Shown here: positions 6,432-17,500 of the stretch, piece after piece
Numbering within the stretch: the first letter of the stretch is position 1
Layout of the letters: each line of letters begins with the position of its first letter
Source of the DNA: a virus
Taxonomy: Duplodnaviria > Caudoviricetes
Length of the DNA: 44,957 nt
Virus record (IMG/VR): IMGVR_UViG_3300032305_001094
Coordinates: 1 to 44,957 of that record
Reading direction: 5' to 3' (one strand)
Position numbers and translations under genes: made by a program
The notes under the pieces: model-generated
Database searches by the model: none
What the model was told of the DNA's origin: nothing
What the model saw: the letters and a program-made list of their open reading frames with translations, nothing else

Positions 6432-9081
6432 GTCTAGTATTGATGACATCAATCTTCTCTGATAATTCTTGAATAGCTAGTGTCAGGGCTGTGGTCAATC
6501 TATCATAAGCTAAACCTTCTGTTTCCCCTAAAGCATTATAATTTACAAAGTCTTTTAATTTATCTATTTGTTCTACATCTTCAGCAATCAAACCAGTTAT
6601 TATTGGTCTAACTGTTTCGTATCCTGGGGTTTCGTCAATGTCTGTTTCTTGAAGTTTATATGAAAATTTAACTGGCTTTAATAGTTTAATTGCATCTAAG
6701 TATCCAATGTTTTCTATTTCAGAAATGTTTTCTTTATATCTTCTGCTGGAAGAAGCGACTCTTATATAGCCACTTCCATCTTGAACTAACCCAGTTCCAG
6801 ATCCAGTTCCAAGTGTGTTTGCATAAATTCTTCCAGTATTAAGGAATACCGAATATGGCTGCTGACCAGTAACGTTTGTTATAGTATCGCTTCCTCCATG
6901 TCCCATGTAAACCTTACCACTACTTCTTACGTCATTCCATCTAAAATTTGGTAGTCCCAAATCAATGTTTGGAGAACCTGGCATATACGGATACCAGTGT
7001 GTTGTAACGCCACCAGTTGCGCTAGACTCAATTCCAATTGCATTTACAACTAAAGAATCTATTCCAGCCTTACTTCCTTTTGTATCGAAGTAATAGCTTG
7101 AGTTAAGTGCTCCAGCTGTTAATCTGTGACCTGAAAGTGTACCAACTGCAATTTTAGAAGCTTCAATTTCAAATGCAGAAATAAAAGTTGAAACAACAGC
7201 ATCTGCTTTAATAGTCCCAGTTGATATTAATCCTCCATCTATGGTTGTCGTATTAGTAGTAGGAGCTAGCTTGGCTATTATAGCGTCTCTGTTAAAATCT
7301 TCTTTTGCCACTGATGCTAAAATTGCTGCAGTCTTTGCTGCATTAGCCTTTGTGGTTGCATCTGTTGCTGCTGCAGTGACTGCTGCATTAGCCTTTGTGG
7401 TTGCATCTGCTGCTGCTGCAGCGATTGCTGCATTAGCCTTTGTGGTTGCATCTGTTGCTGCTGTATTTCCTATTCCATCAGCATATGTCTTGCTCGCATA
7501 GTCTCCAAATACGGCACCACTAGCATACAAGGTTCCATCTGCCATTACTTTAAATTTAGACGTTGATGAAGACTGGGAGCCTACCCAAATTCTTGCTGCA
7601 TCTGTGGAGCTTAAAAATACGCTTGTGCTTGGCGTTGATCCTAAAGATATTTGTCCTGCGCTATTTAAAATAACACTATTTGCTTCTAGTTTATCTGCTC
7701 CTATGGACCACCCGCCTACCAGTCCAGATTTAGCATTCATATATCCTGCCGTATCTAATGAGAATGTGGCGTCAGGACTAGTAGCATTATATGCAAATAT
7801 TCCAGAACTGTTTAGCCTTACTCTTTGTCCACTATCGGCGGTGGCTCCTGCAAATAAAGTTCCGCCATCAAGTTTTACATTTCCTGTAAACTTTCCCCCT
7901 GTAGCATTAATGCTTCCAGTTAAGTATAAGTTTGTACCATTCCAATACATAAACTCTGTTGGATTACCAACTCTAAACTGCCCAGTAGTAAGCCAGAAGT
8001 TATTTCCTACATTAGTAGTTGATTTATTTAATATGATTCCATGATATGTTCCTGCGGTTAATGTTGGACTTACAAGTGGATCTGTATTTAAATTAATACT
8101 TTGAGATATACCTGTTCCTATTTTAAATAAGTCTTGTGATGCTCCGCCAATTGCTATAAAAGATTTTAGTCTTGCCAATGCTCCTGCAGCTGTTCCGTCT
8201 TCGTCTTTGGCAATGAATGTCTTAGTTACAACTACTGACCAGTCTATAGTGTCGTATGGAGTTGTTGAAGCAACTTGGTAATAATATGTCGTGTTAGGAA
8301 TAAGGCCAGTTGCATTGTAAGACAACGTGTCTATTCCAGAAACTGAAGCATACTCCCAAAGAGGGGTAACTCCAGCTTCTGCTGGGTTGGTTGTAGACCA
8401 TCTTATGGAGTATCCTGCTGCTTTAGCGTTAACAGATTTTGCCCATGTAATGTTTGAGACAACACTAAATCCACTTAAATCTTTAGGATCTATTGAGGCT
8501 ACTGCATCGATAGATGCAGGATTTGCAACCGTGTATGTAGTATCTGGGTCTGGGTTTAGTGGTGTTACGGAAAGCGGCCCTGTGTCTGTAAAGTTTGCGT
8601 CTTTCCACTTATCCCTTGTTCTAACAGTTATCCATCTTGTTGCAATTGAATCTGTCTGTATGGTGACACTGTTGGAGGTTCCAATATAAACAACGTCTCC
8701 TATAGAAGTAGATGTCAAGCTTTCAAATATAACAATGTCTTCGTGTACGCTAAGTGGATCTACAGTAAATTTAACTCCATAGCTCTTATAACCTTGAGTT
8801 AAGGCTAATCCTAAAACACCCTTAGTTAAATTTGGTATATCAAAAGAATGTGTTACTACTGGAGATCTTTCACTTTCAATAATTAATTGGCTGTCTGGGT
8901 CTTGGTATAGGTATGTAAACCAAAATTTATATTGGTTGGTGATAGTTTTTAGTGGAAGCCTAATTGTTTTTTTGTATGAGCCAGCAGATGTTTTGGAAGC
9001 GACGTCAGCAGCTTCTTCAGCTGTTTTCTGTAGGTCTGCCTCCCCACCACCGTCAGTCATCATTCTGTCTGTATATCTCAT
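6412..9081 (-). CDS. Tail fibre/spike with a fibronectin type III domain, a coiled-coil repeat and a C-terminal S74 intramolecular chaperone
   Basis: FN3 pattern (W...GY...GLIPNTTYYYQV), ATTKANAA repeats, and SSRRYKENI...GLIAEDV...AIQEL S74 signature. Confidence 0.85.
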   Translation of the reverse strand: MRYTDRMMTDGGGEADLQKTAEEAADVASKTSAGSYKKTIRLPLKTITNQYKFWFTYLYQDPDSQLIIESERSPVVTHSFDIPNLTKGVLGLALTQGYKSYGVKFTVDPLSVHEDIVIFESLTSTSIGDVVYIGTSNSVTIQTDSIATRWITVRTRDKWKDANFTDTGPLSVTPLNPDPDTTYTVANPASIDAVASIDPKDLSGFSVVSNITWAKSVNAKAAGYSIRWSTTNPAEAGVTPLWEYASVSGIDTLSYNATGLIPNTTYYYQVASTTPYDTIDWSVVVTKTFIAKDEDGTAAGALARLKSFIAIGGASQDLFKIGTGISQSINLNTDPLVSPTLTAGTYHGIILNKSTTNVGNNFWLTTGQFRVGNPTEFMYWNGTNLYLTGSINATGGKFTGNVKLDGGTLFAGATADSGQRVRLNSSGIFAYNATSPDATFSLDTAGYMNAKSGLVGGWSIGADKLEANSVILNSAGQISLGSTPSTSVFLSSTDAARIWVGSQSSSTSKFKVMADGTLYASGAVFGDYASKTYADGIGNTAATDATTKANAAIAAAAADATTKANAAVTAAATDATTKANAAKTAAILASVAKEDFNRDAIIAKLAPTTNTTTIDGGLISTGTIKADAVVSTFISAFEIEASKIAVGTLSGHRLTAGALNSSYYFDTKGSKAGIDSLVVNAIGIESSATGGVTTHWYPYMPGSPNIDLGLPNFRWNDVRSSGKVYMGHGGSDTITNVTGQQPYSVFLNTGRIYANTLGTGSGTGLVQDGSGYIRVASSSRRYKENISEIENIGYLDAIKLLKPVKFSYKLQETDIDETPGYETVRPIITGLIAEDVEQIDKLKDFVNYNALGETEGLAYDRLTTALTLAIQELSEKIDVINTRLDALEG
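7336..7470. repeat. Three tandem copies of a 45-bp coding repeat (15-aa unit)
   Basis: Unit TGCTGCATTAGCCTTTGTGGTTGCATCTG... starts at 7336, 7381 and 7426. Confidence 0.9.
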
Positions 9082-10034
9082 TAAAAGGTCAGCTCCAGCC
9101 TATACTCTATATCCATCTGCTTTCCTAAAGGTTTAAATATTGGGTCTGCTATAACTGATCTACTAATAAGCCCATAGTCAGACCTGAAAGTATCTTCATC
9201 ATTTATTCTTATACCATCAAACAGTACAGTCGTAGATCCAGAGCTTTTAGCTTTTACGCCAACTGATATCTTTACAATATTTGAACTGTCTGTAGTGCCG
9301 TATCCAAAACCGCTGTCGTATAAATTACTTAAGTTTAATGGGACAATATTATATTTAGTAGGTGTTATTGAAGGATATCTAATCTCGTAGTAATTATTAT
9401 TTGAGTCATATGCACGGACAAAAATATAGTCTAGGTTAAGATCAGGCTGATAGTATGCAAGAGTCATGCTGTCATTTGCACTGTATCCAGCTAAATCTAA
9501 AGCTAAATCATAAAAATATTCTTTAGACTGAGATGCTGCTGCTGTTACGGACATGTAGTCTGTGCCCATTTGTGGCGTCTGGGTTGTTGAAGATATTCCA
9601 TATGTCCCAGATGAGTCTGTCCATAGTTGTGGGTTAGCGAATAAAGATATTGTGTTGCTTGAATAATCTGTTGTGCCAAAAACTTTATTTGGGAATAGGC
9701 CAATTTCTTTAATATAACCAGTTACATCTACAGGTATAGTTGTTTTATAGACTACTGCATACGTAGTAACTCCAGTAGACTGACTTGTTGCTATGTCCAT
9801 GCTTGATAGCTTTACTGCAGATCTATAGAACTCAAACTCAAGCTGTGTGTCATTTACTGTTGCCGCTTTAGTTCCGACTCCAATTGCAATATCTTTTTCA
9901 AAAGATGTGGCTTGTCCTGCTAGGTACTGAGTCAAATATCTTTTACCAAACTTGGTTAAAATATTTTTACTAACATTACCAGACTCAGGGAAAAAATATT
10001 TGCCGCTTATATTAATTTTATTGTCCATATCCAT
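9081..10034 (-). CDS. Minor tail/baseplate protein
   Basis: NILTKFGKRYL...IAIGVG...EIGLF pattern typical of tail-collar/baseplate proteins; position in the tail module. Alternative start at 10028. Confidence 0.65.
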   Translation of the reverse strand: MDMDNKINISGKYFFPESGNVSKNILTKFGKRYLTQYLAGQATSFEKDIAIGVGTKAATVNDTQLEFEFYRSAVKLSSMDIATSQSTGVTTYAVVYKTTIPVDVTGYIKEIGLFPNKVFGTTDYSSNTISLFANPQLWTDSSGTYGISSTTQTPQMGTDYMSVTAAASQSKEYFYDLALDLAGYSANDSMTLAYYQPDLNLDYIFVRAYDSNNNYYEIRYPSITPTKYNIVPLNLSNLYDSGFGYGTTDSSNIVKISVGVKAKSSGSTTVLFDGIRINDEDTFRSDYGLISRSVIADPIFKPLGKQMDIEYRLELTF

Positions 10035-10377
10035 TTACTCCTATTACTTCATCTCCAACATGGTTTCTAATTTCAAAAACAAAATCAACAAATTGATTTT
10101 TATTTTTATCTGTGAATACTGTTTTACTAATAAGTTTTATATCGTCAATATTTGGTGGCTCAAGATAAGTTGGCGTAGGTGTTGGATCTGGGTCTGGATC
10201 TGGGTCTGGATCACCGTAGAGATTTGCGCCACCTTCATCAATTTCTGTAAGGGTAGAAGGGTCAACAATAATATAATAGTCTGGCTTTAATACATCAATT
10301 AAAGGGTCGTCAGGAAATAGCAATAGCTTTTTTGGCTTTGCCGTTTCAGACGATGGTCTTTTTATATTATTCTTCAT
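10018..10377 (-). CDS. Hypothetical tail-module protein with a PD/PT low-complexity linker
   Basis: DPDPDPDPDPTPTPT; preceded by a leaderless extended -10. Confidence 0.7.
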   Translation of the reverse strand: MKNNIKRPSSETAKPKKLLLFPDDPLIDVLKPDYYIIVDPSTLTEIDEGGANLYGDPDPDPDPDPTPTPTYLEPPNIDDIKLISKTVFTDKNKNQFVDFVFEIRNHVGDEVIGVNGYGQ

Positions 10378-10383
10378 ATTTAC

Positions 10384-10392
10384 ATTCTACCA
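10384..10392 (-). promoter_or_regulatory. Extended -10 promoter TGG-TAGAAT, leaderless
   Basis: 6 nt upstream of the ATG at 10377. Confidence 0.55.
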
Positions 10393-10397
10393 TTTTG

Positions 10398-13300
10398 TTA
10401 CGCATAAATCGATCTGCAAATAACATTTGTAGTTGGCTCCGAATCTTTGTCATATGTGGTGGTTAAAGACAAAACTACAAATTTTTCTGCCGAGTATCCA
10501 GCAGGAATTAAGACATCTTCAGATGAGTAAATTTTACTTTCTGGGTATGATACCTGAACCACGTCTCCTATTTGAAGCAATGGATTTACAAAAACATCCA
10601 TAGTTAAAACCTTTTGCTGGCGAGACCACTTATCTTTCATCCATACAGCCAAGGCTTTTGCATCCGACTCGTTCTGTATCCATGTTGATTCAAATCCAAT
10701 CTGCTCTGCTTTTTCTGCGTCGGTTAGGGTTGGGTCCATATATTCAAAAGGGTCAGAAGTTGAAACATAGTCTCCAACTACAATAAACTCTTTCTCTTGT
10801 CCATTTGCTAGTTCTGTAAAGACTCCAGTATTATTCATCACATATGTCTCCATTGTAAATGAATCTAGTGAGGATCCGACAATTGTTACTCCTGGGTTTT
10901 GAACTAAACTTGGGTACCTTGGGAATCCAGGACTCGTATACCTTGTTGTAATTTTTCTCAGCTCTCTTGCTACTGGCCCGAATTCTTTTATCCAAAGTGG
11001 GCTAGCTGGCTTTACCCCTGCATTAAATACAAAGTCAGAGAAATTTTTAAGCAGGGTTGATTGCCCTCCAAATAAACCCTTGTATAAATCAAATGAATTG
11101 TTATACAAGAAATCTTCTTTTGTAATTGGTGAGGTATATACATAATCAAATGCAACCGTGCCAGCTCCAGATACCAACCCAATTCTATTTGTTAGTGCTG
11201 CTGGTGGCTCTGTATCCACTACAGAAAAAGTTTTATTGTTAATAAGTATTTTTAAAGCGAGAACCTTTGTATTAGTTGGCGTACCGCCTTGAACCTCTGG
11301 AACAGAAAAGTTTCCACGAATATCTATTTTATAAAGGGTTCCACCATTAATATTAGTTATAATAGTCCCGCCTTCTTCTACTTGTGAATTTTTTAGCGGC
11401 TTTAGTTTGCCATTATCTATTTTATAAAAATTAACATTTCTATAATTTTTGTCTACTTTGTAGTTTTGCGTAGTCTCAATTGTTAAAAGATATCCACTTC
11501 TATTATTGGCGTCTAATGAAAATGCCATTCCTGCTATTGTTCGTTGCATCCCAGTTTGAATTCCAGTATCTGGATTTACAACTAGGGGGAAGTACATGTT
11601 GGTTCCCATGACAAAATTTTCACTATCTTTGTAATCTGCATCTGTGGAAACAAAAGTGTACAAAGTGTTTTGCGCCCACCCCTTACCAACTTCCCCAGGC
11701 TTAGGGTCGACTTCTTTTCCGTCTGGGGCAAATACAGAAAGCATAGATCTTGAAATTGAATTTAATAAATTGTGTGGGCGATTTACTTTTTTTACACCAT
11801 TAACTTCTGTAGTGGTAACTGTAACTTCTTTTTGACTTAAAGTAAACAAAGATGCGTCTGCGTTTCCAGCTACTCCTGTTGTTGTTTCTAGTGTCTTTCC
11901 AGTCCACCCGCTTGCATACTGACTTGGTTCAACTAGGTGGGTCATGCCTTCTGGATCTTTTGCTAAATCAACAGTACTGAATACATTTCTAGTTTTTATT
12001 CTATAAAAATACGAAGGCTCAAATGTATTTGGTTCGGCTAGTCCTTGATATTTTTGTATCTCGGATTCTGATGTAATCCAAATGTACTTAACTCCCGTAG
12101 TTCCCAGAGGCCTGTATTTATATCCTATGGCATCATACTCAATTACTTCTTTTTCAATTACCAAATAGCCAGAATAAGAGTATAGCTGTTTTGCTTCACC
12201 TGATATCACTACTGGCTCTAAAAGAATAACTCCTTTTTCTGCATAGAGGTCGTCACCTGGAACTCCAAATGCATCAGATGCTGCAGTTAACCCCATTGCT
12301 AGCGCTGCTGCTCCTAGTGTTACTAATGGGGAAGTATAAAGAGGGTCCGCATTTCTAATATAAGATGAGCTTAATTGTGAGTTGTAGATAACTTTAATTG
12401 CCTTTACCGACGGCACATTTTCAACTGACAATGTAGATATATTTGATAAATTTACAGCATTGGACTTTGATCTAAATGAGAACTGCGGGGTCTTGTTTTT
12501 AAAGATATAGTCTCTTGGATAAAATTGAAGTACATCGTTGTTATCAAATGAAGCTATCATTTGAGTGTCTTGACATAAATCTTGTATGTGTTGCCAAACT
12601 GTTTTATTAGGATCTGTATACCAATAAAATGGAGTTATCGTTGCCGAGTCATCTTCTGGTGAATTAAAGTTATAGTTTGTAAATCCAATAGAGTCAAGAA
12701 GCCTTCTTATAATTGCAACCGAAGACATTGATTTTGTAATAATATCTGGGGGCTTTATGTACTGCAATTCTCTAGCCCCATCTAATGCGGTCAGTGTAAT
12801 GTCTCCATATTCAGCAGTTGTAAAAGAGTCTAAATAAAATTTTCCCAAATTAATTTTTTCTGATTCTACTGTGACGTATGGCCTAACTAAAATATTTTTG
12901 TACAAAACTAATTTTGTTTTATCAAAAGCCTGTGTTTTGTCATACACTGTATATAGCTGATCAAATGCAAATAAAGATACTTGCAAAGAGTTTGCAGTTA
13001 CATTTCCAACAGGAACTAAATCAGAAGTTGAGTCTGATGCGTTTTGACTAAAACTAATTTTTTGTACTTTTTCTGATACGTCCATAACGTATCTTGGAGA
13101 AATTTCAATTATACCTAAGTAGCCGCCAGCTGTATCTATAGAATTTATTTGTAGGTCTAGTCCGCTTAAATCAAAACCAGCTGTTGGGGTTTCAAATTCA
13201 GTCTCGGACCATGTTGTTCCGTTGTAGTATAAATTAACTACTCCATTATCTGGGCAAGTTGTTCCAGTATATAGAGGAGCTTCTACTGCTAATAAATTTA

Positions 13301-13844
13301 ATGACTTAAGTGTCCATGAGGTTGGCTTAGAGTGAGATGTTTCAAACTTAATAGTTATTTTGTTAGCGGTTGCTTTTTTTGCTGCTGGGTACCTTACTTG
13401 CAAAATGCAGCCCGTTAATGTTTTTGTTGGAACTCCGTCTGGCTTTCCGTTTACAGTAGCTACTGGGGTTACCCAATATTTATATGCAGTTTTAACACCT
13501 GAAAAGTATAATCTTTTTGAAAGTGTTTTTGAAGATGCATAGCTTGAAGCTGAATCAAGTTTTTTAATGCTTGGATCCCCCAAAATAAGATATTGTATTC
13601 CAGCAGACTTTGGACGTCTAGGATCGATTATACTTGTAATAGGAAATAGCTTTTCAAATGGCTTATACTCATATCCGCCTTGAGATGCAGGGGCAGTTCT
13701 TTTTTGCGTCATTACTCCGTCAGCAGCAGTAATGCTTGCCCCATCAATTAAATCGTTCATATTATATTCGATCAAACATCCTTGAGACATCTTAAAGGAT
13801 TGTGATTGATTTATATAGCTGGCCGCATTTAAAGAAGTTAACAT
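10398..13844 (-). CDS. Large tail tip/hub protein
   Basis: Follows the Dit-like gene; TVWQHIQDL...FDNNDVLQF and NPLLQIGDVVQV are baseplate-hub-like motifs. ATG at 13844 overlaps the upstream TAA. Confidence 0.75.
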   Translation of the reverse strand: MLTSLNAASYINQSQSFKMSQGCLIEYNMNDLIDGASITAADGVMTQKRTAPASQGGYEYKPFEKLFPITSIIDPRRPKSAGIQYLILGDPSIKKLDSASSYASSKTLSKRLYFSGVKTAYKYWVTPVATVNGKPDGVPTKTLTGCILQVRYPAAKKATANKITIKFETSHSKPTSWTLKSLNLLAVEAPLYTGTTCPDNGVVNLYYNGTTWSETEFETPTAGFDLSGLDLQINSIDTAGGYLGIIEISPRYVMDVSEKVQKISFSQNASDSTSDLVPVGNVTANSLQVSLFAFDQLYTVYDKTQAFDKTKLVLYKNILVRPYVTVESEKINLGKFYLDSFTTAEYGDITLTALDGARELQYIKPPDIITKSMSSVAIIRRLLDSIGFTNYNFNSPEDDSATITPFYWYTDPNKTVWQHIQDLCQDTQMIASFDNNDVLQFYPRDYIFKNKTPQFSFRSKSNAVNLSNISTLSVENVPSVKAIKVIYNSQLSSSYIRNADPLYTSPLVTLGAAALAMGLTAASDAFGVPGDDLYAEKGVILLEPVVISGEAKQLYSYSGYLVIEKEVIEYDAIGYKYRPLGTTGVKYIWITSESEIQKYQGLAEPNTFEPSYFYRIKTRNVFSTVDLAKDPEGMTHLVEPSQYASGWTGKTLETTTGVAGNADASLFTLSQKEVTVTTTEVNGVKKVNRPHNLLNSISRSMLSVFAPDGKEVDPKPGEVGKGWAQNTLYTFVSTDADYKDSENFVMGTNMYFPLVVNPDTGIQTGMQRTIAGMAFSLDANNRSGYLLTIETTQNYKVDKNYRNVNFYKIDNGKLKPLKNSQVEEGGTIITNINGGTLYKIDIRGNFSVPEVQGGTPTNTKVLALKILINNKTFSVVDTEPPAALTNRIGLVSGAGTVAFDYVYTSPITKEDFLYNNSFDLYKGLFGGQSTLLKNFSDFVFNAGVKPASPLWIKEFGPVARELRKITTRYTSPGFPRYPSLVQNPGVTIVGSSLDSFTMETYVMNNTGVFTELANGQEKEFIVVGDYVSTSDPFEYMDPTLTDAEKAEQIGFESTWIQNESDAKALAVWMKDKWSRQQKVLTMDVFVNPLLQIGDVVQVSYPESKIYSSEDVLIPAGYSAEKFVVLSLTTTYDKDSEPTTNVICRSIYA

Positions 13845-14533
13845 TATACTTCTTCCAGTGTTATAGATACATCCCAAAATTCTTGTGGTTCTGGTGGGGC
13901 GGTGACTGCAAATGCTTTTGATGTGGCTGGTTCTCCAGTTTTAATTCCTGCAATAGTAAATGATGTTGATGTGGCTGTAGCTACGGGGAACGTTCCATTA
14001 TGTGATGCTTCTGTTGCTCCTGATATTCTAACCTTATCTCCAGCTACAAATACATTTTTACCAGTATAAGTTGTTACCCCAGCAGCATATGATATTGCTG
14101 TTACATCTGATTTTTTAATTACTCCACCTGTTTGTACATTTCTTTTCATCATTGTAAAGTTTGCTGACGTAAAAACCATCTTAACTATTTTTTCTCTGGC
14201 AGCAGTTCCATTTGGAGATATTTTTACCCAGAATGCACCTTTGCCCTGATTCTCATAATATGTCTTTAGGTCCATTGCTCCCCAGCCTCCATCTACCGTC
14301 ATGGTAGAAGAGGACGGAAGGTCAGACCAAGTAGTAGTTAATAAAACTTTATCAGCAATAAAAACTTTTCTAAGTGTGCCATTTGCCATTCTTTGAGATT
14401 TTTCAATTCTTACTGTATCTATACTTACTGGGGCCCTGTTATGTTCTGATACTGTTTTCCATATATGTGCATCTAGTCCATATGTTTCGTCTAGGGATAT
14501 GGCAGAGCCTACTGGGAGTACTAGTGCTGCCAT
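13844..14533 (-). CDS. Distal tail (Dit-like) protein with an inserted beta domain
   Basis: Directly after the TMP; RMANGTLR and WDVSITLEEV motifs. Confidence 0.7.
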   Translation of the reverse strand: MAALVLPVGSAISLDETYGLDAHIWKTVSEHNRAPVSIDTVRIEKSQRMANGTLRKVFIADKVLLTTTWSDLPSSSTMTVDGGWGAMDLKTYYENQGKGAFWVKISPNGTAAREKIVKMVFTSANFTMMKRNVQTGGVIKKSDVTAISYAAGVTTYTGKNVFVAGDKVRISGATEASHNGTFPVATATSTSFTIAGIKTGEPATSKAFAVTAPPEPQEFWDVSITLEEV

Positions 14534-17500
14534 TATCTAATACCTACAGTCTTGTTTGTTCCCACCATTTTTGCATTAGTAGAATCTAATGTCTTAATGG
14601 CTGTCATGGTTCTTTGTGTTATTATGTTTGACAATTGATTTAAGTCTCCGTCGTATCCATTTATATTGTTTGTAATATTATATGTTGCTCCACCCATTGT
14701 AGCATTATTAGCGTTTGGATTAAAGGGGTTCATATTAGCTGGTACAACTGCTTCATTCTTATGAAGCATAGCGAGCATGTTGGCTGGAACCATATTTATG
14801 CCACTTTCAAATTTAGGTATATTTAAGTTTGACACTAGACCACCATTTGCAAATTTTGCAAGTAATGAGTCAGAATGATCTTTTTCTTTCCAAGTCTTCC
14901 ATCTCTTTACATCTGATCGTGTGAGGAATCCGCTTTCAAATCCAGTTTCTCCATTGGCAGTTAAAAAGAACTTCTCCATCATGTTGTGATACATAGTTGC
15001 TACACTTGGAATATTAGTTCCAGGCCACTTTGGGTTCCTATTGCTTGTTCCGATTCCACCAGTTGGGTGATAATAGAATGGCTCTCCATATGGACGATCA
15101 ATGACATTCATGATCTTTCCATCTATTACCTGTGCGCCTAGGGGCCAATCAACATTTGGATAGTCTTGTGCTTCAAAAAGTTCTCCAGCACCCATCTTAT
15201 TTTTTGCCCACTTTTTACCGCCCCATTCAAAAATGTCATAGACTGAGGATGGGCTTGTTATGGATACTCCCATTTTTGTTTTTTCTCTAGGGATTGAGTT
15301 TGCAGCATCCTTTAGCGTTCCAGTAAATTTTTTCATTGGTCTCTGAGGGTAGACATGCTGATAGTAATCTAATGTTCTTTGCTTAGGGCTATAATATTTT
15401 TCTTCCTCTGGCCACCATTTATCCCAATCTATATCTGGATCCCATGGGTTGTCATCAGGTTTGTCTCCTGGAATTGTTTTTCCTGGTGGGGTGTTGCTTG
15501 GGCAATCTGGACCAACGCAACCAGGTTTCCTACAATTTGGTCCTTCACAATTTTCGTCAGGGGTAACCTCAATAGTAATAAGACCACCACCTGGTAATTC
15601 AGAATACCATTCTGGATTTTTTGTGTCTTTTCCAAATACCTTGGCTGGGTTGTACCTCATCATTGCTTGAGTCCATTTACTGTTTACATCAAAATTATAT
15701 TTTGGATGTCCCCAGTCAGATTTATTTATTGCTTTAAATAAACCGCCAGCATCTTTAGCTTTACTATCTCTAAAGGCTTTAATTATGTCTTCGTATCCGT
15801 GGTTAGGGAAGCTTAATGTTTGCATAGTTGCATCTAAGCCCTGCTCCCAAGATGTGTAAGCCTGTACTCCAGTTCCAGTTCCTGCATTAACTGTATTCAT
15901 TTTTGTAGACCCTGGGAGCTCCAGTGTTGTATTTAATGGATTATGCAAGGCTCTATTTTGCCAATGTCCACCTTCTTGCATTGCCCATGCTTGTATTCCT
16001 TGAATCAAAGGTTCAGTTGGAGTTCCTCCATAGGCTGATATTAAAGCTCTTGCAAAATCACGCGGGGTCTGGATGTTTAGTGCTTTATGAGGCACTGTTA
16101 CTCTTCCAGAAACTCCTAGCCCTAAAATTTCTGCGTATTTAGTATTTAAAAGATCGGGCATTCTTGTTTGGGCATTCTCATCAAAGTATTCTGATTTTAA
16201 TTTATAATTAGACAATGTGTCAACAACTGATTTTGCTTTTTTAGGGTCTCCAAGCAAATCTTGTGGAGAAACTCCAAAGTAATCAGCTAAAGCCCTATCA
16301 GTATTCTTATCCTTAAATCCTTCTATGTATGCTCTAAATCTATACATGCTATCTCTTGCATGTGGATCGTCGCCAGGAGTTATGTCAGTTGCGCCCACTT
16401 TTGGAGCCGCATATTTTAAATATTCTTTCTTTAAATATTTTGTAATCGATTCTGCTTTTACAATATTTTTCATATATCCAGCATTATACATTTCTGAAAT
16501 CATAGCCCCAGAAAGCATGTCGGCATTCATCTCATAGCCATCGCCCTTCTTTAAAGGCTTGCCATTTTTGTCTTTAAAAATTTTAGAGGCCGTATTTGCG
16601 TGTCCTAAAACACCAGACTCCATAAATCTTGATTGGATCTGATGCCCAAACTCATGAGTAAGCACTCCAAGTATATCCATCTTTGCATCATCATTAGTTA
16701 AAATATTTTTACTAATACGATCAGAATATTCTTTATAATTAAATTTGTCTGGATCAGTAATTTTTAGATCTGTCGGAGCAACTGGACCAGGTGCTCGCAA
16801 TCCAGTTAGGGTTGGCATCAATAGATTTTTGGCATAAGCGCTTAAGCCTGCTGGCATCATAAATACTTGACCGCCATGCTTATCCTCTACGTCATCTCCT
16901 GAGAAAGCTATGCCGACTCCTGGGTGGTTGCCAATGGCATAATAGTCTCTCGGTCCTGCGACCTGCAAATCTGTAGTTATGGGGTTTGAAAGCAAACTAG
17001 CTTTTTTATTTTTCTTAAATAGGTTTTCATATTTAGCCCCATAGTATGTATTAAGAAGACCAATCCAGGCATGCATAAATTCAGAAACTTGTCTTTCGCT
17101 ATCCGTAAACTTTCCAACTACTTCTGTGTCAGTGTTGTATGTGTCAGACTTTCCACCTACTACTTTAGGGACTACTGATTCATTATTGAGTCTCTTTTTA
17201 AGAGCCGCTTTTATCTTTGCTACAACTCCGCCTTCAGAATATTTACGTGCTTTATCGCCAAAATAATGATTATATATATCTGGCATTGCAGATGGCAGGT
17301 TAGCAAGGAACCATTCTGTTTGTCCAGGTAAATCTTTTAATCCAGCTTGAGCCCATATCTTATTCCATGGAACAACTTTAGGATAGACATTGAAAAGAGA
17401 CATTGCTGTTCTTCCAGCGACTCTGCCAAGAGCTCCACTTGCATTGCCTGTTTGAGCATCAAGCATTGCTTTTCTGTACATCTTTTCATCTTCTGGGCTC

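Noticed and set aside
7336-7470. Possible CRISPR array
   Set aside because: The units are in-frame coding repeats inside the fibre gene, with no unique spacers and no cas genes.
10170-10215. Hexanucleotide repeat as a regulatory or contingency locus
   Set aside because: It alternates synonymous codons encoding a Pro-Asp/Pro-Thr linker and preserves the frame.
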